Source of the DNA: Camelus dromedarius
Taxonomy: Eukaryota
NCBI RefSeq assembly: GCF_036321535.1
Contig: NC_087436.1
Location: forward strand, 9,052,001 to 9,116,000
DNA length: 64,000 bases
Reading direction: 5' to 3'
A program made the translations under genes and the position numbers. A model generated the notes under the pieces. The model ran no database searches and was not told where the DNA came from. It saw nothing but the letters and a program-made list of their open reading frames with translations. Positions 58,018-64,000 of this stretch are shown here, piece by piece (the stretch's first letter is position 1; every line of letters starts with the position of its first letter).

Positions 58018-61000
58018 TATTCTGCATATTGATGATACTTTACAGTATTTGTCTTTCTCCTCCTGGCTTATTTCACATAGCATAATGCCTTTCAATTTCA
58101 TCAGTGTTGTCCTAAATGGCAAGATTTCCACTTTTTAATGGCTGAATATTATTTCATGTTCAGTATCTATTCATCTGCCCATGAACACTTAGGCTGTTTC
58201 TGCCTGGGGTATTGTGAATAACGCTAAAAGAACACAGGGGTACAGATATCTCTTTAAGAGAGTAATTTATTTTCCTTCAGATATACACCCAGAAGTGGGA
58301 TTGCAATATCATACCATAGGTCTATTTTAAGTTTTTTGAAGAAATCTCTACTGTTTTCTACAGTGTCTGCAGCAATTTATATTCCCACCAATAATGCACT
58401 AGGGTTGCCTTTTCTCCACATCTTCTCAATACTTGTTATATTTTGTCTCTTTGATACCAGCCATTATGACAAGTGTGAGATCACATCTGTTTGTGCTTTT
58501 TTTTTTTTTTTTTCTGATTTCTGTTTCCCTGATGATTAGTGACGCTGAGTGCCTTTTTAGGTACCAGTTGGCTATTTGGATGTATTCTTTAGAAAAATGT
58601 CTATTTACTTTCTCTGTCCATTTTATATTGGATGATTTACTTTTTTGTTATTGATTTATATGAGTTCTTTATATATTTTTGCTATTAACCCTTAATCAGA
58701 TATATGATTTACAAGTATTTTCTCCCATTCTGTAGGTTGCCTTTTAAATTTATTGGCTGTTTCATTTGATGTGCAGAAGCTTTTTTTGTTTGATGTAGTC
58801 CTACTTGTTTATTTTTGCTTTTGTTGCTTATTCTTTTGGTATTATTTCCAAAAATAATATTTTCCCTATGTTTTCTTCTAGTAGTTTTACTGTTTCAGAA
58901 CTCTTTAATCTATTTTAAGTTAATTTTTATGAGTATTGTAAAATAGAAGACAGTTTTATTTTTCTGCATATGAATATCCAGTTTTCCAAGCACCATTTAC
59001 TGAAGAGGCTACCCTTTTCCTGTTGTGTGTTCCAGGTTCCCTTGTCAAAAATTAGTTGACCTCATATGTGTAGGTTTATTTTGGGGCTCTTGATTCTGTT
59101 CCACTGGTCCATGTGCTTATTTTTATGCCAGCACCATATTGTGTTGGTTACTTTAGCTTTGTAACATAGTTTGAAATTAGGTGTGAAGGCTTCAGCTTTG
59201 TTCTTTCTTCTCAAGATCGTTATGGTTATTTGAGATCTTTTGTGGTTTCCTACAAATGTTAGGATAGATTTTTTTTTTAATCTGTGGAAAATGCCATTGG
59301 AATTTTGATAGAGAATGCATTGAATTGATGATTTCTTTGGATAACATTGACATTTTCACAATATTAATTCTTCTATGCCAAGAACACAAGCTGTCTTTCC
59401 ATTTATTTGTGTCTACTTCAGTTTCTTTCATCTGTGTCTTGTAGCTTTCAGTGTCTAGGTGTTTCACTTCCTTGGTTAAGTGTATTCCTAAGCATTTTAT
59501 TGCTTTTAATGCTGTTGTAAATGGGATTGCTTGCTCTCTCCTAGCTTGCAAGGTTTCTGCTGAGCAATAGTCTTTTTGAAGTTCTCTTGTATATGATGAA
59601 TTTTTTTTCTATTACTTCTTTCAAAATTATTTCTCTGTGTTTGATTTTTGAGGGTTTAATTATAATGGGTCTTGATGATGATCTCTGAGTTGACTCTATT
59701 TGGAGATTTTTGAGCTTCATGTACTTGGATGGCTGTATCTCTCCCCAGATCTGGAAAGCTTTCAATGATATTTTTTTAAAAAATAAGTTTTATGTCCCTT
59801 TCTCCCTCTCCCTTTTCTTTCTAGGACTTCTATAACACAAATATTGTTTTTTTTTAATGGTGTTGCATAATTCACCTAGGCTTTCTTTCTCTTTTTTCTT
59901 CTTCTTTTTTTTCTCATATGGCTCAATAATATCAGGAGACCTGTCTTCAAATTCACAGATTCTTTTTACTGCTTGATCAAGCCTGCTACTGAAGCTCTCT
60001 GGTGACTTTTTTATTTTTATTCATTGTTTTCTTCAGCTCCAGATTTCTGTTTGTTTTTTTTCTATGATTTCTGTCTCTTTGTTGAATTACTCATTTGGTT
60101 CATGTGTTTGTTTACTGAGTTCATTGCCTTATCTGTGTTCCTTTACATCTCACTGAGCTTCCTTAAAATCATTATTTTGAATGATTTTTCGGGTACCTGG
60201 CAGATCTCATTACTTTGGGGTCAGCTACTGCAAAATTATTGTGTGCCTTTGACGGTGTCATGGTTCCTTCCTTTTTCATGTTTCCATTAGCTTCACACTG
60301 ATGCTTGTTTATTTGAAAGAGCAGTCACCAATTCCAGCCTTTCCAGACTGGGTTCAGTGTGGAAATACTTTCACTTGAACGTGATTACAAGGGTACTGGC
60401 TGAGCGGGTACAGTGTTTTGGTTCCAGGGAGGTCACATGAAATTCCATCAGCCTAGGTTAATGTTGGCAAAATCAGTGGGTGTTCTTCTGTTGCCAAGAC
60501 TACAGAGGTTCTGTGGATGGCAGTGGTAACTTGGGCTATTTCAGTCCTCAGAGGTGAAGGCTTAGAGTCCCCTTATTCTTTTTCACCCATGGGAGGATGT
60601 TCTAGCCTTGGGGATCCATCTTGGCGCCAGTTCTAGCACATTAGCACTGAGAATAGCAGTGAAGCTCGGGTCCTGGGACCAGGTGCACATAGAACTTCCA
60701 AAGTGCCTGACTCCTGGGGTGTAAACACACTTGCTGCAGTGGTGGTGTCAGTGTCTGAGGTCCAGGAGGGTGCCAGTCTCCTATGGAATCAGGGTCTGGG
60801 TCTCTGGGACCCACTGCAGTGACTCATGCTGTTGCAGGGGATGAGGGAAGATGTTGCAGTGGCAAGGTCCTGGGTTAACAGAGTACAGTGGTGGTGGCTT
60901 GTGCCTAGGGGACAGAGTGCAGGAGCAGCATGCTCTGGGGAAGTTGGGTCAAAGTCCTGACCCCAGCCCCAGGAGACAATTGCAGAACAGTAGCCACTCA

Positions 61001-62929
61001 GCTCCAGTAATGATGAGTCCAAGTCACAACCTGGGACTCCAACCACAGAGCTGCAGCAGTGCAGACTGGAGATGGTGGGTCAAAGCTGAAGCCTAGGACC
61101 TGGGGTAATCATGGAACAGCAGAAGCTTACCCCAGTGATGGTGGAACGAAGCTGTAACTCAGAATTCCAGTGGCCAGTCACACAGGTGCAACAGCACAGC
61201 CACAGTGACGGCAGATCAAAGCCTTGCTTTAGAACCTGGGCTGGGTGAGGAGGGAGGGTGCAGAGCAGCAGTGCCGGTCCTGTGTGTATGTAGTGAGGCA
61301 CTGTGCTGTTCCAATCCTGGGAGCAGGGCACAGCAGTGAGGCAGTGAGTGGGGCCTCCAGAGAGCAGACACAGAGGCAGGAGCCCTGGACATCTCCATCA
61401 GCTGAGTCCACTGCCGGAGAAGACTTTGAGGGTCTTCAGTAGCAAAGGCTTTAGATATCCACGGCAGTGAGGCTTGTATGGGATAAAAAACTTCCAAGTA
61501 CCCAAATACCTCTTGGAGCTGAGCTGCTCTGGACTGAAGGATGCAGATAAAATATTTCTTACGTTTTTCTGTGTGGCCATCCTCAGATTTTGGTTTCTGC
61601 TGCTCCTTTTCTAGAGCTCCTTTCCCAGAGCTACTTTCATCAGTTCATAGTCATTTATTTATTGTTTCTGGGGGCGAAGGGCCGCGGAACCTCCTAGCCC
61701 TCCATCTTGCTGACGTCACCTCCTGTTTACAATTGTTGTCAAAGCCTCTTCCCTCAAAAAACTCACAGTCTCCTCTGAAGGATGAAAACAGGCAAGACAC
61801 AGAATACGTAAAATCTCAGAATAGTTTACAGATGACACTTAATAGCATATTACAGACCAAGGCACAACCTGGGTGGTCAACAGTAACTCTGATCTCCCCA
61901 CTGCTGCTAGTATTATTTTCTCCCCGCTCTGGAAAACACATCAGCTTCATAAATACATTTCGTATTATACACACACATATCTAAATCTGACAATTAAAAC
62001 CTTATTGACTCCATAGGCATATTATTTTCTTCCCACTAGATATTCTGGGGAAAAAAAGTCTTCTCAGAGATACAGGGTCCAAAAGCAGAGGAGGTAGCTG
62101 GAAACTGACACTGAAACATTGAGTGTCTGTCCCACTCAGTACACCCTATGTGGGGACATGGACAAATGATCTTGGAACAGTGCAAATGGAAGTGTCAGAA
62201 CTGAGATGTTGGCATAATATTAAACCCTTGAAATGGACTGGGGACATGTATTTTCAACTGGTACCACCTGCTGATTCTTTGTGAGAATATACAAAGATAA
62301 GATTAAAACATGCAAGTAAGAGACTACAAAATATAATAAACCATTGGGAAGATCAGAGATTAATTGGTGCAGGTGACCAATTAAGAGTGATGGAAAGAAG
62401 GACTGAGGGAAATCTTTGGAGATTTGCTCTTGCTTCCACCTCTACCTAGCGACAAAAATCTTATTAATGCCCTTTCCAATGGTACCATAACACATATGTC
62501 TGCAGCAAAACCCCCAAAGCCCACTGCCCACAGGATACTCTCAGTGCAGCCCAAACCCCCAGCTGGCGTAGGCTGGCTGATTATATATTCTTGCTCATGT
62601 AATTCTTTATCTACTGTATTTCAAAATCACGAAGATTTATGGATTGCAGTCTAAGGGCATTAGACCTACACAAAGCTCTTCCTTTCGAAGTGTTAAAAGG
62701 TAAACTTCTCAGTATAGGAGCTCAGGGAATATTTGTAGCACCTGGAAGATCAGAGACCTTCTTTGGTGCCTAAGGATTTTAACTCTGTGACCTCTTTCTC
62801 TCAAATCAAATCAGGATTAACAGAGAACAGTGCCTGACTATCTGCCCTTCTCAACTTAGATAACATCTTCCCATTGGAACATGATTTTGCAGATCAAAAC
62901 AACTAGTCACCTTAGAAGTACAATTACTA

Positions 62930-63544
62930 AAATAGTTGAACTCAAATACAATTACTGGAAGGTCCATCAAAGGCAAAATAGACAACATAAACCATGTGAA
63001 ATAATTACAATTTTAAAATAAACATGATGGGCATATTGAAGAAAATGTTTTAGTAAGTGAAATAATAAGTATTCATAGAGAAAAAACTAAGTAGATATAT
63101 CAAATATAAAAAATATAATAGTTGAAATGATGAAGTGAGAAATGAATTAAAAAGCAGGATGAAGGAAACTCAACGGTTAGTGAAGTGTAGACTTAATTAA
63201 GACAAAAAATCCTGAAAAGAGAGTTAGAAAATCTATCAATGATGCTAAGTGATATAAGTCTTCTAAGTAGTAATGCCATCGACTGTTGATAGGAATTCCA
63301 GGAAAAACAGCAATCTAAAAATGAACGCAGAAAAGAGTAGAAGAAATAGTGAAAATGCATTATCCACAATGTTCAATTAGTCTAGAATCAAGAGAGCTTA
63401 AAAAGTATTAATTAGGATATAAGAAGAAATTTAAAACTACTTGCATTGAGTGAAATAGAAAGAGATCAATGACAAAGGCATATAACATGTATGTATATAT
63501 AGCATGTATATATAAGTATATATATTTAAATTCCATAAAGAGTA

Positions 63545-63596
<52 letters not shown>

Positions 63597-63780
63597 TAAT
63601 TATATAGATACCAGACTTCTCAATAGCAATGTACTTGTAATAAGACAATGGAATGTTTTATAGTACTAAGTTTATTTCTTAACATTTATGTGTGAGTTCA
63701 TAATAAAATATCCTTAGGCATAAGGGTGGCAAAAAAAATAGCTTCAATATTTTCAGTTGTCAATAATTCAGCAGAATTCT
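62930..63780 (+). mobile_element. Very old L1 ORF1-like (or HAL1-like) remnant
   Basis: A-rich text with 'atataatagttgaaatga', 'gataggaattccagga' and 'ccagacttctcaatagcaatg...taagacaatggaatg'. Confidence 0.5.
63545..63595. repeat. (AAT)17 microsatellite
   Basis: Perfect trinucleotide run. Confidence 0.97.
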
Positions 63781-64000
63781 CCACTGTATGACTTTCTTTC
63801 TTCTTTCACTTTGAAAGTCACTCTTTGAGAAAATATTTTATTAAGATGAGAGAAAAGACTCCAGAAGAATTACAAAGAAAATAACCTCATGACATCAGAT
63901 ATATTGTTGCCTAAATAACAAGGACTTAAAAAAGAAAAAGGAAATAAAAACTAGTTCTTAAGGTAAAGGGAGAGATACTGACTACCAACTTGCTGTGTTT

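Larger units (their letters stand above)
57030..61723 (-). mobile_element. Older LINE-1 (L1MA-like) with both ends, a large internal ORF1-ORF2 deletion and two nested insertions
   Basis: 3' UTR from about 57030; ORF2 C-terminal part to 59533; ORF1 at about 59534-60330; GC-richer 5' UTR ending at 'ggaggtgacgtcagcaagatgg' (minus strand). Probable TSD GTTTAC[T/A]ATT at 57020-57029 and 61725-61734. Confidence 0.88.

Overview
This is AT-rich, CpG-depleted mammalian DNA, almost certainly camelid, judging from three tRNA-Ala-derived Vic-1-type SINEs and lineage-style L1 3' UTRs. It reads as gene desert or deep intron, and I cannot support any host protein-coding gene. The only ORFs I recognise are decayed LINE-1 fragments. 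The window is layered with repeats: old L2, MIR, MLT and Tigger-type elements; a 3.7 kb L1 ORF2 fragment (51.6-55.3 kb); an L1 with both ends intact but an in-frame ORF1::ORF2 internal deletion and two nested insertions (57.0-61.7 kb); several short or 5'-inverted L1 3' ends; and two solo ERV1-type LTRs. Outside the annotated repeats, the best leads are a near-perfect hairpin at 9045-9094, several motif-dense stretches that look like enhancers (strongest at about 16.3 kb), a CpG-retaining patch at 22.6-23.2 kb, and a few possible exons. Repeat family names come from remembered consensus sequences and need RepeatMasker/Dfam confirmation. Boundaries of old repeats are approximate. I found no convincing novel multi-gene system.
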